Shown: positions 50,361 to 59,975 of the stretch, piece by piece | Position numbering within the stretch: the stretch's first letter is position 1 | Layout: every line of letters starts with the position of its first letter | NCBI GenBank assembly: GCA_023664955.1 | Contig: JAMPEV010000001.1 | Coordinates: forward strand, 1,360,188 to 1,424,187 | Origin: Duncaniella sp. | GTDB lineage: Bacteria; Bacteroidota; Bacteroidia; Bacteroidales; Muribaculaceae | Length of the DNA stretch: 64,000 nucleotides | Reading direction: 5' to 3' | Notes under the pieces: model-generated | Told to the model about the DNA's origin: nothing | What the model saw: the letters and a program-made list of their open reading frames with translations, nothing else | The model's database searches: none | Position numbers and translations under genes: made by a program

Positions 50361-51557
50361 ATGAAAACAAATATTGGAGTATTTTTCGGAGGACGTTCCA
50401 CCGAGCACGAAATCTCTGTGATCTCAGCCTCCCAAGCCATGCACGCGATCAACCGCGAGAAATATGACGTTACACCCATATATATTTCCAAACAAGGAAA
50501 ATACTATACCGGCGACGCCCTCTTTGATGTGGCTAATTATCGCGATATCCCTGCGCTACTTGCCCAGTGTACCGAAGTGTATGTGAAACCAGTATACGGC
50601 GATTACAATATATACCGCTCAAAGCCGGCAGGTATGTTCGGAAATAAAGGTCCTGTCACAACTCTGGATGTTGTAATCCCTGTGCTTCACGGCTCAAATG
50701 TGGAGGATGGGATATTCGAAGGAGTGCTTGAGACAATTGGAATCCCCTATGCCGGATGCGACACACTCGCAAGTGCTAACGGTATGGACAAAATAACCAT
50801 GAAGATGATTCTTGCGGCTTGTGACATCCCGGTGATTAACTATGTATGGTTCACTGACAAACAATGGTTTGCCCAGCGCGACCGGCTAATCGAAAAAATC
50901 GAATCTAAGCTTGGTTATCCCGTTATCGTCAAGCCGGCCAATCTCGGTTCGAGTGTAGGCATAGGTCGTGCCGCCAACCGCGAGCAGCTCATTGAAAAGG
51001 TGGAAGTGGCCGAGAAATACTCATCGCGCCTTATCGTAGAACACATGGTAGATAATCTCAAGGAGATAAACTGCTCAGTACTTGGCGACTGTGATGAATA
51101 TGAGTCATCAGTGCTCGAGGAGCCAATCAAGAGTGCTGAAATCCTCTCCTACGAGGATAAGTACATGGGTGGCACCAAGGGCGCCAAGGGTATGCAGGCT
51201 TCTCAGAAGCGTATTCCGGCTGACCTGCCCGAAGATATGACAAAAAGGATTCAGTTCCTCGCAGGCGAGACATTCCGTGTGCTAAGCTGTCATGGTGTGA
51301 GCCGTATCGACTTTATTATCGACGATGATACACATGAGATTTTCGTAAACGAGATAAATACCATACCGGGGTCACTATCCTTTTATCTTTGGGAAGCTTC
51401 CGGACTACCATTCGACAAACTCATGGACCGACTCGTGCACCTTGCGCTCAAACGCAAACGTGAACAAGGACAGAAAACCGTGAGCTACGACCAAAATATC
51501 TTCTCTCTCTCCGGTGGAGCAAAAGGAGGTATTAAAGGTGGAAAATTAAGAAAGTAA
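50361..51557 (+). CDS. ddl: D-Ala--D-Ala ligase family ATP-grasp protein (divergent subfamily)
   Basis: GGRSTEHEIS, LHGSNVEDG, KPANLGSSVGI, SYEDKY, RIDF and NEINTIPG. Start set to MKTNIG. Confidence 0.88.
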   Translation: MKTNIGVFFGGRSTEHEISVISASQAMHAINREKYDVTPIYISKQGKYYTGDALFDVANYRDIPALLAQCTEVYVKPVYGDYNIYRSKPAGMFGNKGPVTTLDVVIPVLHGSNVEDGIFEGVLETIGIPYAGCDTLASANGMDKITMKMILAACDIPVINYVWFTDKQWFAQRDRLIEKIESKLGYPVIVKPANLGSSVGIGRAANREQLIEKVEVAEKYSSRLIVEHMVDNLKEINCSVLGDCDEYESSVLEEPIKSAEILSYEDKYMGGTKGAKGMQASQKRIPADLPEDMTKRIQFLAGETFRVLSCHGVSRIDFIIDDDTHEIFVNEINTIPGSLSFYLWEASGLPFDKLMDRLVHLALKRKREQGQKTVSYDQNIFSLSGGAKGGIKGGKLRK

Positions 51558-51563
51558 CCGGCT

Positions 51564-51746
51564 ATGGGTTCACCTGTCTATTGGATGTTGGCATCTGCGG
51601 CATTTGGTATTATATCTGCCGGGTTCTACACTTGGTTGTCAGCCGGTCATACTAACAGGGCTTGGCTCTTTGTGAGGAGCTTTATATCCTACACAGCCAT
51701 AGCCCTTATAGGTGTATGGATGCTGTTCAAAATCGCCAATCTTTGA
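51564..51746 (+). CDS. Small two-TM hypothetical membrane protein
   Basis: 60-aa ORF 6 bp after the ddl stop, with two hydrophobic helices. Confidence 0.55.
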   Translation: MGSPVYWMLASAAFGIISAGFYTWLSAGHTNRAWLFVRSFISYTAIALIGVWMLFKIANL

Positions 51747-51786
51747 GACAAGTCTGACCCGAATCCGCTTATTGAGGTTTTATCAG

Positions 51787-52260
51787 TTAATCATGGTGAT
51801 ACGGTTCACCTTTTAATATTGTCATTGCGCGGTATATCTGCTCTACAAAGAATAGTCGCACCATCTCGTGAGTAAACGTCATTCGAGAAAGCGAAATTTT
51901 CCCATCGGCACGATTATACACCTCCTCTGAAAAACCGTAAGGACCACCTATTACAAAAACCAATCGCTTAACGCCCTGCACCATTCTGCGATCAAGCATC
52001 GAAGCAAACTCCCTTGACGTGAACTCTTTTCCCCTTTCATCGAGAAGAATCGCCACATCACACGGTGTCAATGCATCTAATATGGATTTTCCCTCTCGTG
52101 CTTTCTGCGAATCCCCGGTCAGTCCTTTAGTCGATTTAAGGTCCGGAATTATCGAAAGTTCCACAGGAAGATAGTGATTAACTCGTTTCAGGAACATGTC
52201 AATTCCTCTCTGAATATAATCGGTGGAGGTTTTACCGACTGCAAGAAGCATTATTTTCAT
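51787..52260 (-). CDS. rlmH: 23S rRNA (pseudouridine1915-N3)-methyltransferase
   Basis: LDERGK, FVIGGPYG, SLSRMTFTHEMVR and EQIYRA...PYHH. Confidence 0.96.
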   Translation of the reverse strand: MKIMLLAVGKTSTDYIQRGIDMFLKRVNHYLPVELSIIPDLKSTKGLTGDSQKAREGKSILDALTPCDVAILLDERGKEFTSREFASMLDRRMVQGVKRLVFVIGGPYGFSEEVYNRADGKISLSRMTFTHEMVRLFFVEQIYRAMTILKGEPYHHD

Positions 52261-52294
52261 CTGTATATCGTAAATTTAATATAGTTCATTGATT

Positions 52295-53155
52295 ATGAAG
52301 ACTAAAGACCAACTTATTGATGATCTTCTGACCCTCGCCTTCGCTGAGGATGTGGGCGATGGTGACCACACCACTCTTAGCACCATTCCGGCTGAGGAGA
52401 AGGGCAAACAACGCCTCATAGTGAAAGAGGAGGGTATCTTGGCAGGTGTCGAAATAGCACGCAAGGTATTTGAGAAGTTCGACCCTACTCTTAAGATGAC
52501 TGTTTACATCGAGGATGGTGCCCATGTGACTCCCGGTGATGTCGCCTTTGAGGTGGAAGGGAGTGTTCGCTCTCTCCTGCAAACTGAACGCGTGATGCTC
52601 AACATCATGCAACGCATGAGCGGCATTGCCACCCAGACAGCCAAATACCAGTCACGACTTGAAGGTCTCAACACCAAAGTTCTTGACACCCGCAAGACAA
52701 CTCCCGGAATGCGTATGCTTGAAAAGGAAGCCGTGAAAATCGGTGGAGGCTGCAACCATCGTATCGGGCTCTTCGACATGATTCTCATCAAGGACAATCA
52801 TGTGGATTTCGCAGGTGGTATCACTCAGGCAGTCAATGCAGCCAAAAGCTACCTAAGGGAGAAGGACAAAAATCTCAAAATTGAAGTCGAAGTCCGTAAT
52901 ACAGAGGAAATCAATGAGGCAATTGCAGCCGGCATCGACCGTATCATGCTTGATAATTTCACACCTGAGCGCACCCGTGATGCCGTAAAACTCATCCGCT
53001 CTCTTGACCCAGGTGTAGAAATTGAGTCATCAGGAGGAATAACCCTCGACACTCTCCGCGATTATGGAGAATGTGGAGTTGACTTCATCTCGGTAGGAGC
53101 TCTCACTCATTCAGTTAAAGGTCTAGATATGAGCTTCAAAGCCGTCAACGAGTAA
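52295..53155 (+). CDS. nadC: Nicotinate-nucleotide diphosphorylase
   Basis: SGIAT, DTRKTTPG, NHR.GL.D..LIKDNH, IMLDN and SVGALTHS. Confidence 0.97.
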   Translation: MKTKDQLIDDLLTLAFAEDVGDGDHTTLSTIPAEEKGKQRLIVKEEGILAGVEIARKVFEKFDPTLKMTVYIEDGAHVTPGDVAFEVEGSVRSLLQTERVMLNIMQRMSGIATQTAKYQSRLEGLNTKVLDTRKTTPGMRMLEKEAVKIGGGCNHRIGLFDMILIKDNHVDFAGGITQAVNAAKSYLREKDKNLKIEVEVRNTEEINEAIAAGIDRIMLDNFTPERTRDAVKLIRSLDPGVEIESSGGITLDTLRDYGECGVDFISVGALTHSVKGLDMSFKAVNE

Positions 53156-53168
53156 TTTTTGTCACTTC

Positions 53169-53822
53169 CTATTGAGCGATTCTAATCTTGCCGTCCACAA
53201 TTGACAGTTGCACAAAACTGTCAATTATATAATGTGGGGATTTGGTCAGGAGTTTTGCATGGGAGTTGGTTGTGGCGATTGCGACAACTGTGGCACCAGA
53301 ACGCATTCCGGCTTCAACCCCCTGCATGGAATCCTCAAACACATAACAATCCTCCGGTGCAACCCCAATCTTGCTTGCGCCGAGGAGATAGCCTTCCGGG
53401 TCGGGTTTGCTATGGCTTACCATCGACCCGGTTATTATTATATCTACATAATCGTGAAATTCGGGATGTTTACGGAAAAGATAACCCATCTTAGTGTCAT
53501 CACTGCTTGTCACAATTGCAGATGGTATGTTATTTGTTTTCAATGCCCTCAGAAAATCGATAACTCCCGGGAAAACCGGAAAACTCATATCACTTTCAAA
53601 TTCATAAAGTGACTTCACAATTCCCTCCCGGTCGTTTTCCGCAAAGCTCTGTAGAATTTCGCCTAAAGTAGTTCCTTTAATGTCATCAGCAAAACTATCA
53701 CCGCCGACATTAAACTTTCTACCGGTAGCACCCCAGAACTTCGAGTACTCCCCCTCACTATCCACCAATACCCCATCCAGATCAAACAGAACCCCTATTT
53801 TTCCTACATTATTCTCTTTCAT
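53169..53822 (-). CDS. HAD-family phosphatase (beta-PGM-like)
   Basis: FDLDGVLVDS, VTSS, KPDP and FEDS..G. Confidence 0.92.
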   Translation of the reverse strand: MKENNVGKIGVLFDLDGVLVDSEGEYSKFWGATGRKFNVGGDSFADDIKGTTLGEILQSFAENDREGIVKSLYEFESDMSFPVFPGVIDFLRALKTNNIPSAIVTSSDDTKMGYLFRKHPEFHDYVDIIITGSMVSHSKPDPEGYLLGASKIGVAPEDCYVFEDSMQGVEAGMRSGATVVAIATTNSHAKLLTKSPHYIIDSFVQLSIVDGKIRIAQ

Positions 53823-54088
53823 CGTCTTTTATCTTGCTAATCTTTGTCCATTTTATAAAACAAAACACCTGCAAAGTTACACATAAATCACAAGAATCAT
53901 ATAAGTAAGTGTAAATTTAGTGTTATGAATAACATCACAAATGGCATTACGGCATCGATAAAAAATTGGATTTGCCTATTCAAAGGATTTATTGTAACTT
54001 TGTGGCGTGATGTTACCTTGTGTGAACGAGAGTAACTTTCCCCATCATTTTCACGTGTAAAATTCCAAACTTCCGATATTTATCACTT

Positions 54089-57000
54089 ATGGTCGTATTT
54101 TTTAAGAAAGGTGCCAACCTTATCTATGCAGTAGAGACTAATCACAAGTTCTCTGATCTGGAAAAAGATAAACTAACCTGGCTTTTCTCAGGTGCAACTC
54201 CATTGTCGTCAACAAGTGTGAAAGGAAATTTCATCGGCCCGCGAAAGGAGATGATCACACCCTGGAGTACAAATGCTGTTGAAATCACCCAAAACATGGG
54301 TATTGAGGGTGTTACACGAATCGAGGAATTCCACAAGTACACCACCGATGAGCCTGTCTACGACAAGATGCTCTCTCGCCTGTACGATGGACTAAACTCG
54401 CGTGTTTTCACCACTTCCAACACAGCCGCTCCCATCGAGCATATAGCCGACATTACCGAGTACAACAGTCGTGAAGGCCTGGCCCTCAGCAAAGAAGAAG
54501 AGGACTATCTCCGCCAATTGAGTGAGCGTCTCGGACGTCCGTTGACCGACAGCGAGGTGTTCGGCTTCTCCCAGGTTAACAGCGAGCACTGCCGCCATAA
54601 GATATTCAACGGTACTTTCGTAATCGACGGAGAGGAAAAACCTCTCTCCCTCTTTAAACTAATCAAGAAAACTTCACAAGAAAACCCCAACAAGCTCGTA
54701 TCAGCTTATAAAGATAACGTGGCATTCGTAGAGGGGCCGACAGTAGCCCAATTCTACCCCACTCATCCCGAACGTGCCGACTACTTCGAGGTACGCGACC
54801 TCCCCACCGTGCTCTCGCTAAAAGCCGAAACCCATAATTTCCCCACCACAGTCGAGCCATTTAACGGCGCCGCCACCGGTAGCGGAGGTGAAATCCGCGA
54901 CCGTCTAGGCGGAGGTAGAGCGTCACTTCCCTTAGCCGGAACTGCTGTCTACATGACATCCTATCCACGTCTGGGCAGTTATCCATGGGAGCTTATGATG
55001 AATCCGCGAGCTTGGCTCTATCAGACACCGGCCGAAATCCTCATCAAAGCCTCAAACGGCGCATCTGACTTCGGTAACAAGTTTGGACAGCCTTTAATCT
55101 GTGGCTCTTTGTTAACATTCGAGCATGACGAAAACGGCAAAATGTATGCCTACGATAAGGTGATAATGCTCGCCGGAGGTGTGGGTTATGCCGCATCCAA
55201 GGATGCCATCAAAGGCCTACCGGAAGCTGGCGAGGCCGTAGTGGTTATGGGCGGCGATAACTATCGTATCGGTATGGGCGGCGGTGCCGTATCATCTGTA
55301 GAGACTGGCCAATATGCATCAGGCATAGAGCTTAACGCCGTGCAGCGTGCCAACCCCGAAATGCAAAAGCGTGTCTCTAACGTGATTCGCGCCCTTGCTG
55401 AAAATGACAATAACCCCATCGTTTCAATCCACGACCATGGAGCTGGTGGTCACCTCAATGCCCTTTCGGAACTTGTGGAAGAGACCGGTGGTAAAATAGA
55501 AATCGACTCACTCCCTATCGGCGACCACACACTCTCATCAAAGGAAATAATAGGCAACGAGAGCCAGGAACGTATGGGCATGGTGCTCAAAAAAGAGGAT
55601 ATCGACTACGTCAAGACTATCGCCGACCGCGAACGTGCGCCAATGTATGTGGTGGGTGAAACCACCGGCGACCATCGCTTTGTGTTCGAGCAGAAGGATG
55701 GAGTGAAACCTATTGACCTCGCAATGAGCGATATGTTTGGTTCATCGCCAAAAACTACACTTACTGACAACACCGTTGAGACTAAATATACTGACATAGA
55801 ATACAACGAGGAGAATCTCGAACAATATGTGGCACAAACGCTCAGCCTTGAAGCAGTGGCCTGCAAGGACTGGCTCACAAACAAGGTGGACCGCTCAATC
55901 ACCGGCAAAATCGCGCGCCAGCAGTGCCAAGGTGAAATCCAACTTCCCCTCAGCGATTGCGGCGTTGTAGCACTCGATTACAACGGCACAATCGGTATCG
56001 CCACCTCAATAGGCCATGCACCCCAAGTAGCCCTCATTGACTCGGCCAAAGGTTCGGTTATGGCAATTGCCGAAGCACTCACCAACATAGTCGCCACTCC
56101 TCTCACCGACGGTATCCGCGGTCTTTCATTGAGCGCCAACTGGATGTGGCCCTGCAAAAATCCGGGTGAAGATGCGGCACTCTATCGTGCTGTGGAAGCA
56201 TGTAGCGACTTCGCTTGCAAAATCGGCGTCAATATTCCTACCGGCAAGGACTCTCTTTCGATGACCCAGAAATACGGAGCTGACAAGGTATTCGCACCCG
56301 GCACAGTAATCATATCAGCAGCCGGAGAAGTGAGCGATGTCAAAAAAACCGTATCGCCTGTGATGCGTCGCCGAAGCTCGATGCTTTATTACATTGACTT
56401 CTCATCCGACACCTTGAAACTCGGAGGCTCAGCTTTCGCCCAAACACTCGGCAAACTTGGCGCAGAAGCTCCGACAGTGACCGACCCATTCAAATTCGCC
56501 ACCACATTCCAGACCGTCCAGGAACTCGTCAAGAAAAATATGCTCCTTGCGGCTCACGATGTGGCAGCCGGCGGTCTCATAACCACCCTCCTCGAAATGA
56601 CATTCGCAAACACAGACGGAGGTCTGGAACTTGACACTACCGGCTTTGCGACTCTCGGCGAAACTGACCTCATAAAGATACTTTTCGCCGAAAACCCCGC
56701 CCTTGTAGCCCAGGTTGAAGCGGGAAAGATTGCCAAAGTTGACGAACTCCTAACCAAGGCAGGAGTGAAATTCTGCCACATCGGAGCACCAACCGACGAG
56801 CGTACATTAATCGTAAATCATGAAGATACCCAGCGACTGCTCGGTATTGATTATCTCCGTGATGTGTGGTTCCACACAAGCTATCTCATGGACGCACTCC
56901 AGAGCGGAGAAGCCTGTGCACGTTCCCGATATGAGAATTACAAGAAACAACCGATCCGCTACCGTCTTCCCGCCGGATTCGACGGCAAACTCACAACACG

Positions 57001-57790
57001 CGGAATCACATTACGCCGCGAAGGACATGGCGACCGTGTAAAGGCTGCAATCATACGTGAAAAAGGTGTGAACGGCGACCGCGAAATGGCTTACTCACTC
57101 TATCTTGCCGGATTCGATGTGAAAGATGTCCACATGACCGACCTTATGAGCGGCAGAGAAAACCTTGAGGATGTCAACATGATAGTGTTCTGCGGAGGGT
57201 TCTCGAATAGCGACGTACTCGGCTCGGCAAAGGGATGGGCATCAGGATTCCTATGGAATGAGAATGCCAAGAGAGCCCTCAAGAACTTCTACTCCCGCGA
57301 GGATACGCTTTCACTCGGTATATGCAACGGTTGCCAGCTGATGATTGAGCTCAACCTCATCAACCCGGAGCATTCCAAGAAAACCCAAATGCTCCACAAC
57401 GACAGCCACAAATTCGAATCACAGTTCCTCGGAGTCAGCATACCGGAAAACAAGTCTGTGATGCTCGGCTCGCTCTCCGGCAGCAAGCTCGGCATATGGG
57501 TGGCTCACGGTGAAGGCAAATTCCACCTCCCCATGCCAATGGACAGCTATAACGTGGTGGCAAAATACAACTACAACTCATATCCCGGCAATCCCAACGG
57601 CTCACGCTGCTCCGTGGCAGGTATTTGCTCAGCCGACGGACGTCACTTAGCAATGATGCCTCACCTCGAACGTGCCATTTTCCCATGGCAATGCGGCTAC
57701 TACCCCACCTCTCGCCACACCGACCAGATCACACCCTGGATTGACGCATTCATCAATGCGCGCAAGTGGGTGGAAGAACATACCAAATAG
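54089..57790 (+). CDS. purL: Phosphoribosylformylglycinamidine synthase (large type)
   Basis: NSEHCRHKIF, KAETHNFP, HDHGAGG, ESQERM, GICNGCQ and MPHLER. Confidence 0.97.
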   Translation: MVVFFKKGANLIYAVETNHKFSDLEKDKLTWLFSGATPLSSTSVKGNFIGPRKEMITPWSTNAVEITQNMGIEGVTRIEEFHKYTTDEPVYDKMLSRLYDGLNSRVFTTSNTAAPIEHIADITEYNSREGLALSKEEEDYLRQLSERLGRPLTDSEVFGFSQVNSEHCRHKIFNGTFVIDGEEKPLSLFKLIKKTSQENPNKLVSAYKDNVAFVEGPTVAQFYPTHPERADYFEVRDLPTVLSLKAETHNFPTTVEPFNGAATGSGGEIRDRLGGGRASLPLAGTAVYMTSYPRLGSYPWELMMNPRAWLYQTPAEILIKASNGASDFGNKFGQPLICGSLLTFEHDENGKMYAYDKVIMLAGGVGYAASKDAIKGLPEAGEAVVVMGGDNYRIGMGGGAVSSVETGQYASGIELNAVQRANPEMQKRVSNVIRALAENDNNPIVSIHDHGAGGHLNALSELVEETGGKIEIDSLPIGDHTLSSKEIIGNESQERMGMVLKKEDIDYVKTIADRERAPMYVVGETTGDHRFVFEQKDGVKPIDLAMSDMFGSSPKTTLTDNTVETKYTDIEYNEENLEQYVAQTLSLEAVACKDWLTNKVDRSITGKIARQQCQGEIQLPLSDCGVVALDYNGTIGIATSIGHAPQVALIDSAKGSVMAIAEALTNIVATPLTDGIRGLSLSANWMWPCKNPGEDAALYRAVEACSDFACKIGVNIPTGKDSLSMTQKYGADKVFAPGTVIISAAGEVSDVKKTVSPVMRRRSSMLYYIDFSSDTLKLGGSAFAQTLGKLGAEAPTVTDPFKFATTFQTVQELVKKNMLLAAHDVAAGGLITTLLEMTFANTDGGLELDTTGFATLGETDLIKILFAENPALVAQVEAGKIAKVDELLTKAGVKFCHIGAPTDERTLIVNHEDTQRLLGIDYLRDVWFHTSYLMDALQSGEACARSRYENYKKQPIRYRLPAGFDGKLTTRGITLRREGHGDRVKAAIIREKGVNGDREMAYSLYLAGFDVKDVHMTDLMSGRENLEDVNMIVFCGGFSNSDVLGSAKGWASGFLWNENAKRALKNFYSREDTLSLGICNGCQLMIELNLINPEHSKKTQMLHNDSHKFESQFLGVSIPENKSVMLGSLSGSKLGIWVAHGEGKFHLPMPMDSYNVVAKYNYNSYPGNPNGSRCSVAGICSADGRHLAMMPHLERAIFPWQCGYYPTSRHTDQITPWIDAFINARKWVEEHTK

Positions 57791-57794
57791 AAAT

Positions 57795-57847
57795 AATGTG
57801 AATAATTGTGGGAGAGGTCACACACCTCTTTCACAATTATTCACATT
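57795..57847 (+). terminator. 24-bp stem-loop after purL
   Basis: AATGTGAATAATTGTGGGAGAGGT-CACAC-ACCTCTTTCACAATTATTCACATT, with two G.U pairs on the plus strand. Confidence 0.7.
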
Positions 57848-57998
57848 CTGATTTTCCTTTTTCTCCTAAAATGTTGTAAATTTGTCGGGTCTACATAGTG
57901 CCTGATTTCAAAATCTATCAGAATAATAAATCAGCCCAACGTGTAGTCCGATACCATCGATAACTAAAAAAATAAAAATATAACCAATCTATAACAGT

Positions 57999-58871
57999 AT
58001 GAGTCTTAACATCATTGTACTCGCAAAGCAGGTGCCCGACACCCGCAATGTGGGTAAAGACGCAATGAAGGAAGATGGCACAATCAACCGTGCGGCTCTC
58101 CCTGCCATCTTCAACCCCGAGGACCTCAACGCACTTGAGCAGGCTCTCCGTATCAAGGATGCCAATCCCGGGTCAACAATCACGTTGCTAACTATGGGAC
58201 TTCCCCGCGCTTCAGAAATCATCCGTGAGGCCATCTACCGTGGCGCAGATAACGGTATAGTTCTTACCGACCGTGTGCTTGGCGGTGCTGATACCCTCGC
58301 CACTTCTTATTCCCTCGCTCAGGCCGTGAAGAAATTCGGCAATTACGACATCATCCTTGGCGGTCGTCAAGCTATCGACGGTGACACTGCGCAAGTAGGC
58401 CCTCAAATTGCGGAGAAGCTTGGTATTCCCCAAATCACATACGCAGAAGAAATCGTAGACCTCAAAGACGGATATGTCACAGTGAAACGCCGTCTTGAAA
58501 ATGGCGTTGAGACAGTGAAAGCGCCCCTCCCTTGCGTTGTTACAGTGAATGGCTCGGCTGCCGACTGCCGTCCACGAAATGCGATGCGTGTTCAGAAATA
58601 CAAATATGCAGCATCGCCAAGCGAAGCCTCCAAACTTACTGATGACCGGAAGGAACTTCTCGAAAAGCGCCCCTACCTCAACATTCAGGAATGGAATGCA
58701 GCATTCGTGGAAGCAGATCCCGAACAAATTGGTCTCCCCGGCTCCCCAACTAAGGTTAAAGCCATTGAAAATGTTGTGTTCACAGCCAAAGAGAGCCGTC
58801 AGCTCGACGATAGCGACCAGCAGATCGAAGAACTCGTAAAGGAATTGATTGCCAACCATACTATAGGATAA
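57999..58871 (+). CDS. etfB: Electron transfer flavoprotein beta subunit
   Basis: KQVPD, NPED..ALE.AL, GADTLATS, GRQAIDGDTAQVGP and GSPT.V. Confidence 0.95.
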   Translation: MSLNIIVLAKQVPDTRNVGKDAMKEDGTINRAALPAIFNPEDLNALEQALRIKDANPGSTITLLTMGLPRASEIIREAIYRGADNGIVLTDRVLGGADTLATSYSLAQAVKKFGNYDIILGGRQAIDGDTAQVGPQIAEKLGIPQITYAEEIVDLKDGYVTVKRRLENGVETVKAPLPCVVTVNGSAADCRPRNAMRVQKYKYAASPSEASKLTDDRKELLEKRPYLNIQEWNAAFVEADPEQIGLPGSPTKVKAIENVVFTAKESRQLDDSDQQIEELVKELIANHTIG

Positions 58872-58883
58872 AGCTAAAACAAA

Positions 58884-59909
58884 ATGGACAATAACAATTT
58901 AATCGTATATCTCGAATTTGAGGACGGACGCATCGCCGACGTAAGCCTTGAGCTCCTAACTAAAGGCCGTGTTCTTGCTTCAAAACTCGGTGTCAAACTT
59001 GAAGCCGTAGTGGTTGGTGATAATCTCGACGGAATAGAAGAGCAAGTGTTTCCTTACGGCGTTGACCGCCTTTACAAGGTTGCCGACCCTCGTCTGTTCC
59101 CCTACACATCTAATCCCCATTCTGTAGTACTCATCAACTTGTTCCGTGAAATAAAGCCACAGATTTGCTTAATGGGTGCTACTTGCATAGGTCGTGACCT
59201 CGGTCCCCGTGTAAGCTCATGCCTTCACAGCGGATTGACCGCCGACTGTACCGCACTTGAAATCGGCGACCATAAGGACCCCAAGACCGGCAAGGAATAT
59301 ACAGACCTCCTCTATCAGATCCGTCCGGCATTCGGCGGTAACATAGTTGCGACAATCGTAAACCCCGAATGTCGTCCCCAGATGGCTACTGTGCGTGAGG
59401 GTGTGATGAAGAAGGAAATCTTCGACCCCAACCACAAGGGTGAAGTAATCAATCTTGACGCTAAGAAATATGTATCAGACGAGGATTTCGTTGTTGAAAT
59501 TATCGACCGTCATATTGAGAAATCAAAAATCAACATAAAGAACTCCCCCATCATCGTAGCAGGTGGATATGGCGTAGGTTCAAAAGAGAACTTCCAGCTT
59601 CTCCACGACCTTGCCAACGTGCTTGGTGCCGAAGTAGGTGCTTCACGTGCGGCTGTTGACGCCGGTTTCACCGAACATGCCCGCCAGATTGGTCAAACCG
59701 GTGTGACCGTACGTCCCAAATTGTATATAGCATGCGGTATCTCAGGTCAGATTCAGCACATTGCCGGTATGCAGGACAGCTCAATCATTATCTCTATCAA
59801 CAACGACCCCAATGCGCCTATTAACACCATCGCCGACTATGTGATTACCGGCAATATTGAGGATGTTGTCCCCAAGTTGATTAAATATTACAAAAAGAAC
59901 TCTAAATAA
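58884..59909 (+). CDS. etfA: Electron transfer flavoprotein alpha subunit
   Basis: GLTADCT, RPAFGGN, GASRAAVD, QIGQTG and GISGQIQH. Confidence 0.95.
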   Translation: MDNNNLIVYLEFEDGRIADVSLELLTKGRVLASKLGVKLEAVVVGDNLDGIEEQVFPYGVDRLYKVADPRLFPYTSNPHSVVLINLFREIKPQICLMGATCIGRDLGPRVSSCLHSGLTADCTALEIGDHKDPKTGKEYTDLLYQIRPAFGGNIVATIVNPECRPQMATVREGVMKKEIFDPNHKGEVINLDAKKYVSDEDFVVEIIDRHIEKSKINIKNSPIIVAGGYGVGSKENFQLLHDLANVLGAEVGASRAAVDAGFTEHARQIGQTGVTVRPKLYIACGISGQIQHIAGMQDSSIIISINNDPNAPINTIADYVITGNIEDVVPKLIKYYKKNSK

Positions 59910-59975
59910 GCTTTTTCTCATACTTGCATTTAAGCATCTCCCTCTACTGAGTTCAAGCTAATAATAATAAATAAA

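Noticed and set aside
50361-51557. VanA/VanB-type resistance ligase
   Set aside because: No vanH, vanX or vanRS genes are present, and the omega loop retains KY as in D-Ala-D-Ala ligases. Specificity is left open.
58212-58859. 215-aa antisense ORF over etfB
   Set aside because: It has no recognisable motifs, and such ORFs are expected from the codon bias of the sense gene.
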